From: Clostridia bacterium
GTDB taxonomy: Bacteria > Bacillota > Clostridia > Oscillospirales > Acutalibacteraceae
Direction of reading: 5' to 3'
Length of the DNA: 64,000 nucleotides
NCBI GenBank assembly: GCA_017513525.1
Contig: JAFXFC010000023.1
Span: 5,373 to 69,372 of the forward strand
Positions within the stretch are counted from its first letter, which is position 1; each line of letters opens with the position of its first letter. This document shows, piece by piece, positions 30,012-39,882 of this stretch. Below the pieces are notes generated by a model. That model did no database searches, was not told the DNA's origin, and was given only the letters and a program-made list of their open reading frames with translations. Made by a program: the position numbers and the translations under genes.

Positions 30012-33000
30012 ATGCTATATAAGAAAAACATTGAAAAGTCACTTCAAAAATCACTTTTTGAAAAACCCACCTCTGAATACAGAGGAACTCCCTTCTGGGC
30101 ATTGAACTCTTACCTTACAAAAGAGGAGCTGTGCCGTCAGATAGATGTTTTTAAGGAAATGGGACTTGGCGGTTTTCATTTACATGTAAGAACAGGACTT
30201 GAAAACAAGTATTTAAGCGATGAATATATGGAGCTTATAAAAGCAACGGTAGATAAAGCAAAAAATGAAGAAATGCTCGCGTGGCTCTATGACGAGGACC
30301 GTTGGCCCTCAGGCGCTGCAGGCGGATTTGTAACTAAAGACGAAAAATACAGAGGAAGATGTCTTCTTTTCACTCCCTTTAAGGATGCTGATATTTATTC
30401 ATCAAATGATTCACGCTCCAAGGGCGGAAGATCCGGTAAAGGCACACTTATTGCCTGTTATGATATCGTTCTCGATAATGACGGATATCTTGAAAGCTAC
30501 AGGCGAATAGACGAAAACGAAGAAGCGACAGGCACAAAATGGTATGCTTTTCTTGAAATACATGCTCCGTCGAGCTGGTATAACGGCGAGTCTTATGCTG
30601 ATACATTAAGTAAAGAAGCCATTGAAAAATTCATTGAAGTTACCCATGAAAGATATAAGGACAAAGTAGGCGACGAATTCGACAAGACCGTTCCCGCCAT
30701 ATTTACCGATGAGCCTCAGTTTACAAGAAAAAGAGTTCTCGACAACTCCTTTGATAAAATGGACATCACTATGCCATGGACAGATAAAGTTCCCGAGCTT
30801 TATAAAGAAGCCTACGGCGAGGATATTCTCGATTTTCTTCCCGAAGTGTTCTGGGATCTTCCTGAGTCCGCTCCAAGTATTCACCGTTACCGTTATCACG
30901 ATTTTATTGCAGAGCTTTTCGCCGTTTCTTTTGCAGACACGGTAGGCTCATGGTGTGATAAAAATAACATTGCTCTTACAGGTCATATGATGGAAGAGCC
31001 CTCACTTCATTCACAGACAGCAGCTCTCGGTGAAGCAATGCGTTCCTACAGAAGCTTTCAGCTTCCCGGCATTGATATGCTTTGCAATTCACATGAATTC
31101 ACTACAGCAAAGCAAGCTCAGTCTGCCGTTCATCAGTTCGGATATGAGGGTATGCTTTCAGAGCTTTACGGTGTTACAGGCTGGGACTGTGATTTCAGAA
31201 CCTACAAGCATCAAGGCGACTGGCAGGCATGTCTTGGTGTCACTATCCGTGTTCCTCATTTATCATGGTATGCTATGAAGGGTGAAGCAAAGCGTGACTA
31301 CCCTGCTTCAATTCATTATCAGTCCCCTTGGTATAAGGAATATAATATAATAGAAGACCACTTCGCAAGAGTAAACACAGCGCTTACCCGCGGCAAGCCC
31401 GTAGTTAAGGTCGGTGTTATTCATCCCGTAGAGAGCTTCTGGCTTCACTGGGGACCCAATGACAAATCCGCTGTTTTCAGAGAAAGTCTTGATGAGAGAT
31501 TTTTCAATGTAACAAACTGGCTTCTTGAAGGAAGCATTGACTTCAACTTTATTTCCGAAGCACTTTTGCCCACACTCTGTAAAGAGGGCAGCGCCCCCCT
31601 TAAGGTTGGCGAAATGGAATATGATGCCATTATCGTTCCCGGTTGCGAAACTCTGAGAAAAACCACCCTCGAAAGACTTAAAGCCTTCAAAGAAAAGGGC
31701 GGTAAGCTTATATTCATGGGAGATGCTCCCACTCTTATTGATGCTGTACCCGATGAAAGCGGAAAAGCTCTTTTCAACGAATGCCAAAACATAGATTTTT
31801 CAAGAGCTTCACTTCTTACGGCCCTCGAAGACATAAGAAGCCTTACAATAAGATATGCTGACGGCAGACTTACGGATAATTTCATTTATCAGCTTCGAAA
31901 AGATACTGATTGCAGCTGGCTTTTCATCTGCAATTCGAAAGAGCCCGACAACAAGCATATTGACGGCGGAGACGATATTCAGATAATTCTTAACGGTATC
32001 TACTCCCCCGAAATATATGACACCGCAAACGGAGATATTTATCCTTATAAAGCTGAATACTTAAACGGCAAAACTATAATAAGATATAAATTATTCGGCT
32101 ATGACTCCTTACTTCTGAGACTCACTCAGGGTGAAGGCAATTGCGAAAACACCCAAAAGCTTTTAACTCAGGCTGAAGAAGCCAAAGGAATATTTGTTGA
32201 TTATTCTCTTTCAGAGGATAATGTTCTTGTTCTTGATATGGCTGAATTCAAGCTCGACGGTGACACTGAATTTTCACCCAAAGAAGAAATTCTCCGCCTT
32301 GATAATATTATAAGAGAAAGACTCGGTCTTAAAGAAAGAGGCGGTCATGTAGTTCAGCCCTGGGTGCTCGGAGATATGCCAAAGCCGCACAAGGTAACAC
32401 TTAAATTTACTTTCATGAGTGAAATTGACTACTCAGGTGCAGTTCTTGCTCTTGAAGATGCCGATGTTGCAGAAGTTGTATTCAACGGAAAGAAAGCAGA
32501 TACCCGACTTTCGGGATACTATGTTGACATATCTATTGGTAAAATTGCACTTCCCGATATCATCAAGGGAGAAAATACTCTTGAAATAACCCTTCCTTTC
32601 GGTGAAACCGCAAACCTTGAAAATGTGTTCATATTAGGAAAGTTTGGTGTTAATGTTAACGGCAGCTTCGCTTTCATTACCGCTCTTCCCGAAAAGCTTA
32701 CCTTCGGTTCATTACTTTCACAGGGACTTCCCTTCTACGGCGGTGCCGTTACATATAAGCTCACATCCGAAACCGAAAATGACGATCTTATTATTACAGC
32801 AAGTGATTACATGGGCGCACTTATAAAAGTAAGTGTTGACGGCAAGGAAGCCGGAAACATTATATATCCGCCCTATACACTCGAAGTCAAGGGTGTTGGA
32901 GCAGGTAAACACGAGGTTGAGCTTACAGCCTATCTTCACAGATATAACACCTTCGGACCCATTCACCTTGTAAATGTAAAAGAATCATGGCACGGTCCCG

Positions 33001-33086
33001 GAGCATGGCGTTCAAGCGGCATAAACTGGAGCTATGAATATATTCTTCGCACAACAGGTATATTGAAAACTCCCGGAATAAATTAA
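30012..33086 (+). CDS. Large putative glycoside hydrolase (family not assignable by eye)
   Basis: 1,024 aa with no signal peptide. The N-terminus RGTPFWALNSYLTKEELCRQIDVFKEMGLGGFHLHVRTGL resembles the TIM-barrel start of large glycosidases annotated as glycosyl hydrolase with a jelly-roll C-terminus. This assignment is from memory of such families only. Confidence 0.5.
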   Translation: MLYKKNIEKSLQKSLFEKPTSEYRGTPFWALNSYLTKEELCRQIDVFKEMGLGGFHLHVRTGLENKYLSDEYMELIKATVDKAKNEEMLAWLYDEDRWPSGAAGGFVTKDEKYRGRCLLFTPFKDADIYSSNDSRSKGGRSGKGTLIACYDIVLDNDGYLESYRRIDENEEATGTKWYAFLEIHAPSSWYNGESYADTLSKEAIEKFIEVTHERYKDKVGDEFDKTVPAIFTDEPQFTRKRVLDNSFDKMDITMPWTDKVPELYKEAYGEDILDFLPEVFWDLPESAPSIHRYRYHDFIAELFAVSFADTVGSWCDKNNIALTGHMMEEPSLHSQTAALGEAMRSYRSFQLPGIDMLCNSHEFTTAKQAQSAVHQFGYEGMLSELYGVTGWDCDFRTYKHQGDWQACLGVTIRVPHLSWYAMKGEAKRDYPASIHYQSPWYKEYNIIEDHFARVNTALTRGKPVVKVGVIHPVESFWLHWGPNDKSAVFRESLDERFFNVTNWLLEGSIDFNFISEALLPTLCKEGSAPLKVGEMEYDAIIVPGCETLRKTTLERLKAFKEKGGKLIFMGDAPTLIDAVPDESGKALFNECQNIDFSRASLLTALEDIRSLTIRYADGRLTDNFIYQLRKDTDCSWLFICNSKEPDNKHIDGGDDIQIILNGIYSPEIYDTANGDIYPYKAEYLNGKTIIRYKLFGYDSLLLRLTQGEGNCENTQKLLTQAEEAKGIFVDYSLSEDNVLVLDMAEFKLDGDTEFSPKEEILRLDNIIRERLGLKERGGHVVQPWVLGDMPKPHKVTLKFTFMSEIDYSGAVLALEDADVAEVVFNGKKADTRLSGYYVDISIGKIALPDIIKGENTLEITLPFGETANLENVFILGKFGVNVNGSFAFITALPEKLTFGSLLSQGLPFYGGAVTYKLTSETENDDLIITASDYMGALIKVSVDGKEAGNIIYPPYTLEVKGVGAGKHEVELTAYLHRYNTFGPIHLVNVKESWHGPGAWRSSGINWSYEYILRTTGILKTPGIN

Positions 33087-33126
33087 AATTTTTTCATAAA
33101 ACATAATAAGACAAGTTTTTCACTGA

Positions 33127-33165
33127 AACTCCGTTACAATGATACGTAACGGAGTTTCTTTTTTT
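33127..33165 (+). terminator. Rho-independent terminator after the glycosidase gene
   Basis: AACTCCGTTAC aatgata c GTAACGGAGTT followed by tctttttttt. Confidence 0.8.
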
Positions 33166-33178
33166 GGAGTGATAAAAA

Positions 33179-33478
33179 TTGCAGACAGTAATAGCGGACA
33201 AGTCCTTAACTGTTTTTTTAAGCGGAGAAATAGATCACCATACGGCAGGAAGAATAAGAGAAAAAGCAGACAGTGAGATAATAAAATATTCTCCAAAAGA
33301 GCTTATACTCGATTTTTCTGATGTTACCTTTATGGATTCCTCAGGCGTGGGACTTGTTATCGGAAGATATAAGCTTGCAAGTAATAACGGCTGTAAAACC
33401 GTTGTTACGGGACTTAAAGAGCGGGACAAAAAAATACTTATGATGTCAGGACTGCAAAATAAAATTGAATTCAGGTGA
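33179..33478 (+). CDS. spoIIAA: Anti-sigma F factor antagonist SpoIIAA (STAS domain)
   Basis: 99 aa with a TTG start after GGAGTGA. Contains LSGEIDHHTAGRIREKAD and DFSDVTFMDSSGVGLVIGRYK. First gene of a three-gene spoIIA arrangement. Confidence 0.9.
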   Translation: MQTVIADKSLTVFLSGEIDHHTAGRIREKADSEIIKYSPKELILDFSDVTFMDSSGVGLVIGRYKLASNNGCKTVVTGLKERDKKILMMSGLQNKIEFR

Positions 33479-33921
33479 TAAAAATGAAAAAGCCTATTAA
33501 TGATTTTAAGATGAATGTTTTATCGAAATCCGTAAATGAAGGATTTTTACGGGCGGTAACATCGGCATTCTGTTCTCTCGCCGATCCGACGCTTGAAGAA
33601 ATAAGTGACATAAAAACAGCCGTCAGCGAAGCTGTTACAAACGCTATCGTGCACGGCTATAAAGAAAAACAGGGAAGAATTTACATAGATGCCGCACTTT
33701 ATCCCGATAACATCATAAAGATAAAAATACGGGATAAGGGCTGCGGTATCGAAGATGTGCAAAAGGCAATGGAGCCTCTGTTTACAACTGCAGGCGATGA
33801 CCGTTCGGGACTCGGTTTTTCCGTAATGGAAAGCTTTACCGACAAATTAAGCGTGCGTTCAGCACCAAACAAGGGAACCGTTGTCACACTCACAAAAAAA
33901 ATATCGGGAAAGTGTGAATAA
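33475..33921 (+). CDS. spoIIAB: Anti-sigma F factor SpoIIAB (GHKL Ser kinase)
   Basis: 148 aa with AVSEAVTNAIVHGY, IRDKGCGIED and SGLGFSVMESF. A GTGA overlap links it to spoIIAA; an ATG at 33484 is an alternative start. Confidence 0.9.
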   Translation: MIKMKKPINDFKMNVLSKSVNEGFLRAVTSAFCSLADPTLEEISDIKTAVSEAVTNAIVHGYKEKQGRIYIDAALYPDNIIKIKIRDKGCGIEDVQKAMEPLFTTAGDDRSGLGFSVMESFTDKLSVRSAPNKGTVVTLTKKISGKCE

Positions 33922-34577
33922 TGTTAAATTCTTCTGCAAATGACTCTTTAGTTACTGAAAACATCGGCCTTGTCCACTCATGCGCAAACCGCTTTAAAGG
34001 CAGAGGTGTGGAATATGAGGATCTGTTTCAGGCAGGCTGTGTGGGGCTTATTAAAGCTGCCGCAGGCTTTGACCCTGAAAAAGGCTTCAAGTTTTCAACC
34101 TATGCCGTTCCTGCCATTCTCGGAGAAATACGAAGGATATTCCGTGACGGAGGAACAGTAAAAATAGGACGGGCAGCAAAAGAAAAAGCAAGACAGCTTT
34201 TAAGCATTAAAGAAGAGCTCGCCGCAATTACGGGGAAAGAGCCTACCATAACTGAAATAGCAAAAAAGGCAGATATCGAGATTGCAGAAGCGGCGGCACT
34301 GGTAAGTGCGTGTCTTCCCGTAATATCTCTTACTGCCGAAGAGGATGACTCGCAAACGGATATACCTGTTGCCTCCCCCGACGAAAAGCTTTCCGAAAGA
34401 CTTGATCTCAGAAAAGCATTATCCTCTTTGGAGGATAATGAGCAAAGAATAATAGAGCTGCGATATTTCAAGGGACTTACGCAAACGGTCACAGCCGAAA
34501 AGCTGGGGCTTTCTCAGGTACAAGTATCAAGAAAAGAAAAAGCTATTCTCGGAAAATTAAGAAAAATGCTTGCTTGA
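33921..34577 (+). CDS. sigF: Sporulation sigma factor SigF
   Basis: 218 aa. Sigma-70 regions 2-4 are present (DLFQAGCVGLIKAAAGFDPEKGFKFSTYAVPAILGEIRR; LGLSQVQVSRKEKAILGKLR). Its position is after spoIIAB. Confidence 0.88.
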   Translation: MLNSSANDSLVTENIGLVHSCANRFKGRGVEYEDLFQAGCVGLIKAAAGFDPEKGFKFSTYAVPAILGEIRRIFRDGGTVKIGRAAKEKARQLLSIKEELAAITGKEPTITEIAKKADIEIAEAAALVSACLPVISLTAEEDDSQTDIPVASPDEKLSERLDLRKALSSLEDNEQRIIELRYFKGLTQTVTAEKLGLSQVQVSRKEKAILGKLRKMLA

Positions 34578-34639
34578 CATTCTTTTCTTATTGTGTTAAC
34601 CTTTCTTTTTGGAAAATGAGAAAAAAGAGGATAACATAA

Positions 34640-35581
34640 ATGCAAAAAAGTCAGTTCAAGGGCATTTTTATGCTCTTTCTTACAGCCTTCATCTGGGGCT
34701 CTTCCTTTGTTGCACAGTCCCTCGGCATGGAAAGTGTTGAGGCCTTTACCTTTAACGGAATAAGAACACTTTTCGGTGCTGCGGCACTCTTACCGTTCAT
34801 AATAGCAAAAGACCTGATAAATATAAAAAAGCACGGGAAGCCCCCGAAAGAAAAAGTAAAAGCCGAAACTAAAAAGATACTTATAGGCGGTACCGTTATG
34901 GGTCTTGCGCTTTGTATTGCAAGTAACTTTCAGCAGTATGCTTTCACATATGAAGATCATTCAGCAGGAAAAATAGCATTTATCACTGCTTTTTATATGT
35001 TCTTTGTGCCTCTTATAGGACTTCTTTTCAGAAAGCGTGTACCCTTAGTTACATGGCTGTGCGTTATTATAGGCACTGTTGGTCTTTATTTCTTATGTGT
35101 CGGAGAAGAAGGCTTCTCTGCTATTACAAAAAGCGATATTTTTTCTTTTATATGTTCAATATGCTATGCTGTGCACATTCTCGTCATAGAGAAATTTGCC
35201 GCAGATTCAGATGCCGTAAAGCTCTCATTTACACAGTTCACGGTATCGGGAGTTATTACCTGCATAATCATGTTTATTGTTGAAACACCAACTGTTACTG
35301 CTATAAACCAGAGTATTCTTCCTCTTCTTTATTCGGGAATAATGAGCTGCGGACTCGCCTATACATTCCAGATTATAGGACAAAAATACACAGAGTCTAC
35401 AGTAGCATCACTTATAATGTGCCTTGAATCCGTTTTCGGAGTACTGTGCGGAGCTCTTTTCTTACAGGAAAGACTGACACAAAGAGAAATTATAGGCTGT
35501 GTAATTATGTTCGCTGCCATAATTCTTTCACAGTTCAGCGAACAGATACACGAAAAAGCAAAAACTAAAAGACAAGCATAA
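34640..35581 (+). CDS. EamA/DMT-family transporter
   Basis: 313 aa with about 10 TM segments and a duplicated EamA-like pattern (FIWGSSFVAQ...). Confidence 0.8.
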   Translation: MQKSQFKGIFMLFLTAFIWGSSFVAQSLGMESVEAFTFNGIRTLFGAAALLPFIIAKDLINIKKHGKPPKEKVKAETKKILIGGTVMGLALCIASNFQQYAFTYEDHSAGKIAFITAFYMFFVPLIGLLFRKRVPLVTWLCVIIGTVGLYFLCVGEEGFSAITKSDIFSFICSICYAVHILVIEKFAADSDAVKLSFTQFTVSGVITCIIMFIVETPTVTAINQSILPLLYSGIMSCGLAYTFQIIGQKYTESTVASLIMCLESVFGVLCGALFLQERLTQREIIGCVIMFAAIILSQFSEQIHEKAKTKRQA

Positions 35582-35584
35582 ACT

Positions 35585-35616
35585 AAGACCGTTCCAAAAA
35601 AACTCGGAACGGTCTT
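35585..35616. terminator. Hairpin between convergent EamA and M23 genes (weak U-tracts)
   Basis: AAGACCGTTCC ...loop... GGAACGGTCTT. Confidence 0.4.
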
Positions 35617-35619
35617 AAA

Positions 35620-36366
35620 TTATTCTTCTTCACCGGCAAGTCCCATTATCTCAAGAGGATCAACGAGCTCTCCGTTTACTCTCATTTCAAGATGCACATG
35701 AGAATCCTCGCCGCTTTCAACGGGAATATCACCTACGATACCGATAACCGTATCAGTATACACCTGTGCCCCTACTGAAATCAGTGCTTCGTCGGCAAGA
35801 CCTGAAACTGCTGAGGTTATACCGTTTCCGTGGTCAACGGTAACTGTGTTTCCCCATACGGCATTCTTTTCTACTGATACTACAGTACCCTCGGCTACAG
35901 TCTTTACATTCTCACCCTTAACGCCCTTGAAATCAACACCGTTATGTGTGCGGTAATCATTCATGGTCTGAGAAAACACGGGAATACCCATGCTGTAATC
36001 CATACCCATTGAAAATGACAAAGGTGAAGTAAATACAAGTTTTTGCGCTTCAGTTGTTTCTTCTATTACTTCGGCATTATTATCAAACACCGCAGCAGTA
36101 GAGGGCTCTTCGGGAGCCTTTGTTGTAAATTCATCAATATTTATCTCTACAATGAAGCTTGTTTCCTCTTCCTTTTCGGCAATTTCGCCAAAGGTTATGC
36201 TTTCGATCTGCTTTGTAGTGTTTTCCGCCATGACAGAAGGAGTTTTGTTGTTTGTTGCCGTAAAGCCCACCACTCCTGCCGCAAGAAGACAAAGTCCCAA
36301 TGCAAAATAAAGTCCGTTGCTTTTGAGCATCTTCTTAAAGTTACTCTTATTATCATCATTTATCAT
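35620..36366 (-). CDS. M23/LytM-family metallopeptidase with an N-terminal membrane anchor, SpoIIQ-like
   Basis: 248 aa with an N-terminal TM helix (LYFALGLCLLAAGVVGF). LytM motifs HNGVD (HxxxD) and SHVHLEM (HxH) are present. A sigma-F-type promoter-like sequence lies upstream. Confidence 0.75.
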   Translation of the reverse strand: MINDDNKSNFKKMLKSNGLYFALGLCLLAAGVVGFTATNNKTPSVMAENTTKQIESITFGEIAEKEEETSFIVEINIDEFTTKAPEEPSTAAVFDNNAEVIEETTEAQKLVFTSPLSFSMGMDYSMGIPVFSQTMNDYRTHNGVDFKGVKGENVKTVAEGTVVSVEKNAVWGNTVTVDHGNGITSAVSGLADEALISVGAQVYTDTVIGIVGDIPVESGEDSHVHLEMRVNGELVDPLEIMGLAGEEE

Positions 36367-36406
36367 ATTATTACCTCCTATAAGAATTTTGTCCTGTGAA
36401 GTAAAA

Positions 36407-36434
36407 AATATTCCGAAAAAAATTTAAAAAATGC
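36407..36434 (-). promoter_or_regulatory. Possible forespore (sigma-F-type) promoter of the M23 gene
   Basis: On the minus strand, GCATT (36430-36434), a 15-nt spacer, then GGAATATT (36407-36414). This resembles the GCATR-15-GG... pattern recalled for sigma-F. The -10 match is imperfect. Confidence 0.3.
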
Positions 36435-36436
36435 AA

Positions 36437-36474
36437 AACAAATGTTTGCTTTTTCTGAACATTTGTGCTATAAT
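36437..36474 (+). promoter_or_regulatory. lexA promoter region with two LexA (Cheo/SOS) box-like sites
   Basis: AACAAATGTTTG (36437-36448) and GAACATTTGTGC (36457-36468) lie immediately before TATAAT (36469-36474), 32 nt upstream of lexA. Confidence 0.6.
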
Positions 36475-36505
36475 ACCCTTGAAGTAATATTTAGCGGAGG
36501 CAAAT

Positions 36506-37096
36506 ATGAAAGAATTAAACAGTACACAAAGAAAAATATATGAATTTTTAGCTGAACGCTCACAAAACGGCGTTCCTCCCACTGTAAGAGAGATCTGTGC
36601 CGCAGTAGGTCTTAAATCCACCTCTTCCGTTCAAAGTAACCTTGATGCGCTTGAAGCGGCAGGCTACATTGAAAGAGATCCTATGCTCAAACGCTCCATA
36701 AGAGTCAGAGGTCAGGAAAATAATGTAACACATGTCCCTCTCATAGGCACTGTAACGGCAGGTATGCCGATTTTAGCAGTTGAAGCTATTGAGGGTTATG
36801 TCCCCTTTTCGGGAAATGAATCCTCCGATAAGCCTTTGTTTGCGCTGAGAGTCAAGGGTGACAGTATGATTAAATGCGGAATTTTAAGCGGTGATATTAT
36901 TATTGCCGAAAAAACTCCCGTAGCATCTAACGGAGATATCGTTGTAGCTCTTCTTGATGACGAAGCTACAGTCAAAAGATTTTATAAAGAAGACGGTCAT
37001 TTCCGTCTGCAGCCCGAAAATGACGATTATGCACCTATCATATCCGATGAAATAATAGTTCTCGGCAAGGTCATTTCTCTTATCAGACACTTTTAA
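36506..37096 (+). CDS. lexA: LexA repressor
   Basis: 196 aa with an N-terminal winged HTH (PPTVREICAAVGLKSTSSVQSNLDALEAAGYIERD). The S24 peptidase part carries VKGDSMI (Ser) and ATVKRFY (Lys). Confidence 0.95.
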   Translation: MKELNSTQRKIYEFLAERSQNGVPPTVREICAAVGLKSTSSVQSNLDALEAAGYIERDPMLKRSIRVRGQENNVTHVPLIGTVTAGMPILAVEAIEGYVPFSGNESSDKPLFALRVKGDSMIKCGILSGDIIIAEKTPVASNGDIVVALLDDEATVKRFYKEDGHFRLQPENDDYAPIISDEIIVLGKVISLIRHF

Positions 37097-37140
37097 TAAC
37101 AGCGGCATTTCCGAATATTCCGGAAGTGCCGCTGTTATTT
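37096..37140. terminator. Bidirectional hairpin between lexA and the GT2 gene
   Basis: ATAACAGCGGCA ...loop... TGCCGCTGTTAT followed by ttt. Confidence 0.65.
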
Positions 37141-38501
37141 TACTGCATTGCAAGGCCTTTCTTTTTAAGATAAGTCTTAGCTGAATACTGCTTTCTTTTA
37201 CTTGTAAACATATACTGAATAAATGATCTCGGTGCTTTTGTAAGAGAAAGCTCCGACAAAATTCTCGGATCAAGGGGTGTGGGATCTTTCACATTAATAG
37301 TAATACCGCTTGCCTCGGCTCTGGCTTTTGCAAAAAAGCCTTCATCGGGAAGAACAATAATATTTTCAACATTTCTCCATCTTTCGGGGAAGGATGGATC
37401 TTCTGCAGCACTCTTTTTAACAAAAAGCTCAAAGAATGGGAACTTCTGAACATAAAGAGAATTAATAAATTCGTCAAGCTGTGTGTTATCGGAAAGATCC
37501 GCAAGAATACTGAAAAGCGGAATATTTGCCGCATCCTGTCTTGTTATATACATCTGCGGGAAGCGAAGATCTGAGAAGGTTTTATTAAGCTTATTTCGTC
37601 TTTCCTCTGTAAGAAGTGCAGAAATTCCCTCAAACTTACTTCTGAGCTTTTCGAGTGAAGCATCTGAAAGATACCAGAAATATCTGTAAAAACAATTTGT
37701 GAGCATTTCAAAATAAACAGTCAGAATTTCCTGAACGGTGTATTCATCACCGTCAACAGCACCTGTTTCTTCCTCAATAATGCTTCTGATATTGGCATAT
37801 GCTTCCTCATACACAGAAATCAGAACATCAAGATTTTTCTCGGAGGGTTCACCCATTTCAGGGAAGCCGTCACTGAATATACCTCTTCTTCTTGCGTATA
37901 TAGCCCCTGCAACACCTGTCATTTTTGCATCACAGCCGAAAATGCACTTTACCATAAATGCTGCATTATAAAAAACGGGAACTGCGGGAAATGACAGTGA
38001 ATAAAGATCGAAAAACTTCTTTTTATATACTCTGCCGTCAAAGTCGAGAGTATTGAGAAGCGCTCTGTCAAAGCGGTCTATATCGGGAACAGTTGCAAGC
38101 ATATCCATCCAGCCGTCATAATAAGGCTCATTTTCTCCTGACACATAAAAGCGGGGAGAGAAAATATCTGCCTTTGTTTCATCAGCGGCTTTAAGTATGC
38201 TTTCAATTGTATCGGGAGAAATATAGTCACCGCCGTCAACGAAATACACAAGCTCCCCTTTAGCTTTTTTTACACCTTCGTTTCTTGCCTCGGGGACAAG
38301 GCAGTGGGGTATTTCAAAAGCTTCAAAGCCTACATATTCATCGCAGTATTCTCTGATAACGGCTTTTGCTTCCATATCACAGCCTGTATCAACAATTACT
38401 ACGTCAAATTCCTCGCTTGACTGTTCAACAAGTCCCTCAAAAGTATATTTAAGCTTCTCGGCATTATTAAATGCCGTAACAATTACGGTAAGTGTTGCCA
38501 T
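37140..38501 (-). CDS. Family 2 glycosyltransferase (GT-A fold) with a large C-terminal extension
   Basis: 453 aa with TVIVTAFNNAEKLKYTFEGLVEQS, FDVVIVDTG and VYFVDGGDY (DxD-like). Confidence 0.8.
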   Translation of the reverse strand: MATLTVIVTAFNNAEKLKYTFEGLVEQSSEEFDVVIVDTGCDMEAKAVIREYCDEYVGFEAFEIPHCLVPEARNEGVKKAKGELVYFVDGGDYISPDTIESILKAADETKADIFSPRFYVSGENEPYYDGWMDMLATVPDIDRFDRALLNTLDFDGRVYKKKFFDLYSLSFPAVPVFYNAAFMVKCIFGCDAKMTGVAGAIYARRRGIFSDGFPEMGEPSEKNLDVLISVYEEAYANIRSIIEEETGAVDGDEYTVQEILTVYFEMLTNCFYRYFWYLSDASLEKLRSKFEGISALLTEERRNKLNKTFSDLRFPQMYITRQDAANIPLFSILADLSDNTQLDEFINSLYVQKFPFFELFVKKSAAEDPSFPERWRNVENIIVLPDEGFFAKARAEASGITINVKDPTPLDPRILSELSLTKAPRSFIQYMFTSKRKQYSAKTYLKKKGLAMQ

Positions 38502-38514
38502 TATTTTTCTCCGT

Positions 38515-39237
38515 TCAGTTAAAATATTGTTTTATTATATTCTCGGCTCTGCCGATATCATCGGGATAGGTAATTTTTATATTATAATTTTCGCCTTGTA
38601 CTATATACACGTTTTCTTTGTGATAAGTAAACACGGAGCAACCGTCTGTTAAGGCATCAAAAATCTCTTTGGGAGTGTTTTTAATAAGAGCAAAAAGCTT
38701 TTCGGCATCAAAGCTCTGCGGGGTCTGAGCATGAAAAACAGTATTTCTGTCGGGAACAAAATCTATGTATTCACCGTTTTCACTTAAAAGCACCGTATCA
38801 ACTGCCCTGACACAGGTATTACAAGCACCGTATTTTTTTGCCGCCTCAATATTATCGTTGATTATTCTGTCTGTAATAAAGGGTCTTACGGCATCATGAG
38901 TGAGAACGATACTTCCTGTGAGCATATCATTTTCTTTCATAAAGGCAAGAACACCGAAAAGAGTGTCACCTCTTGTTTTTCCGCCTTCAATAACGAAAAT
39001 ATCCTTGGGAGAGTCGATAAATTCCGATATAAGCTCTTCAGTGAATTTCAGATAATCAGAGGATACACTTACAATACATTTATCAACCTCGGAATTTTTA
39101 AGAAAAGCCTTTATACTTCTTATAATTACAGGCTCTCCTCCTATTTCGAGGAATTGCTTGGGAACACTTGTCCCCATTCTTGTGCCGCTGCCTCCTGCAA
39201 GAACTGCTGCGATTATCATTTTATCACTCCCCGACAT
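38515..39237 (-). CDS. IspD/TarI-family cytidylyltransferase (ribitol-5-P or MEP cytidylyltransferase)
   Basis: 240 aa with IIAAVLAGGSGTRMGTSVPKQFLEIGGEPVI. Adjacency to a GT2 favours a TarI-like cell-wall role, but this cannot be decided by eye. Confidence 0.8.
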   Translation of the reverse strand: MSGSDKMIIAAVLAGGSGTRMGTSVPKQFLEIGGEPVIIRSIKAFLKNSEVDKCIVSVSSDYLKFTEELISEFIDSPKDIFVIEGGKTRGDTLFGVLAFMKENDMLTGSIVLTHDAVRPFITDRIINDNIEAAKKYGACNTCVRAVDTVLLSENGEYIDFVPDRNTVFHAQTPQSFDAEKLFALIKNTPKEIFDALTDGCSVFTYHKENVYIVQGENYNIKITYPDDIGRAENIIKQYFN

Positions 39238-39284
39238 ATTATTTTGTTATTTTATCATATCCGTGAATTTTTCACAAGATATTT

Positions 39285-39851
39285 TTATTTACTTTCATTT
39301 TCAATTTTTTCTATGGTCCATCGGTCAATGACTTCTTTTAATTCTGTAAGATACGAAGAAAACTTTACTTCCTCACTGCCGTAGGTCAACTGAAGGTCAT
39401 ATTCAAGCGGAAGCCATGTTTTTATATCACTCTCATTATGCTGTATTACCGCTTCAAGCTTGTCAAGTGCCTTATAAAGCTTTGCCTCTTTTGTTTTCAT
39501 TTCTTCCATTTCGTTTATAAGGCTCAAAAACTCGTGTCTTTGATATTCGGGAAAACCATTGACCCAATTCAGATAAAGCTCTTTTTCCCTGAGAGAGTCG
39601 GCTCCCGTCTTCTTAAATGTCGCAATATCACCCGTAAAGGCTTCACCTAAATCGTGAATAAGGCACATTCTTATAACCTTATTTATATCAGTATCAGAAA
39701 ATTCATCCTCTAAAAGAAGAGCCAAAAGAGCCAATCTCCAGCTGTGCTCTGCAACACTTTCTTTTCTGTCATCACTTAAATCACAGTGTCTGGTAACACT
39801 CTTAAGACTTCCTGCAACCGACAACACAGAAAGAAGTTCTTTAGGTTTCAA
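39285..39851 (-). CDS. HD-domain phosphohydrolase, YfbR-like 5'-nucleotidase family
   Basis: 188 aa with ESVAEHSWRLALLA and LIHDLGEAFTGDI. Confidence 0.8.
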   Translation of the reverse strand: MKPKELLSVLSVAGSLKSVTRHCDLSDDRKESVAEHSWRLALLALLLEDEFSDTDINKVIRMCLIHDLGEAFTGDIATFKKTGADSLREKELYLNWVNGFPEYQRHEFLSLINEMEEMKTKEAKLYKALDKLEAVIQHNESDIKTWLPLEYDLQLTYGSEEVKFSSYLTELKEVIDRWTIEKIENESK

Positions 39852-39882
39852 AATTCATTCCTCCGTAATTTTTATCAACAAT

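Noticed and set aside
31308-31885. Antisense ORFs of 159 aa and 146 aa inside the glycosidase gene
   Set aside because: They overlap a long ORF with a recognisable N-terminus on the other strand and have no RBS.
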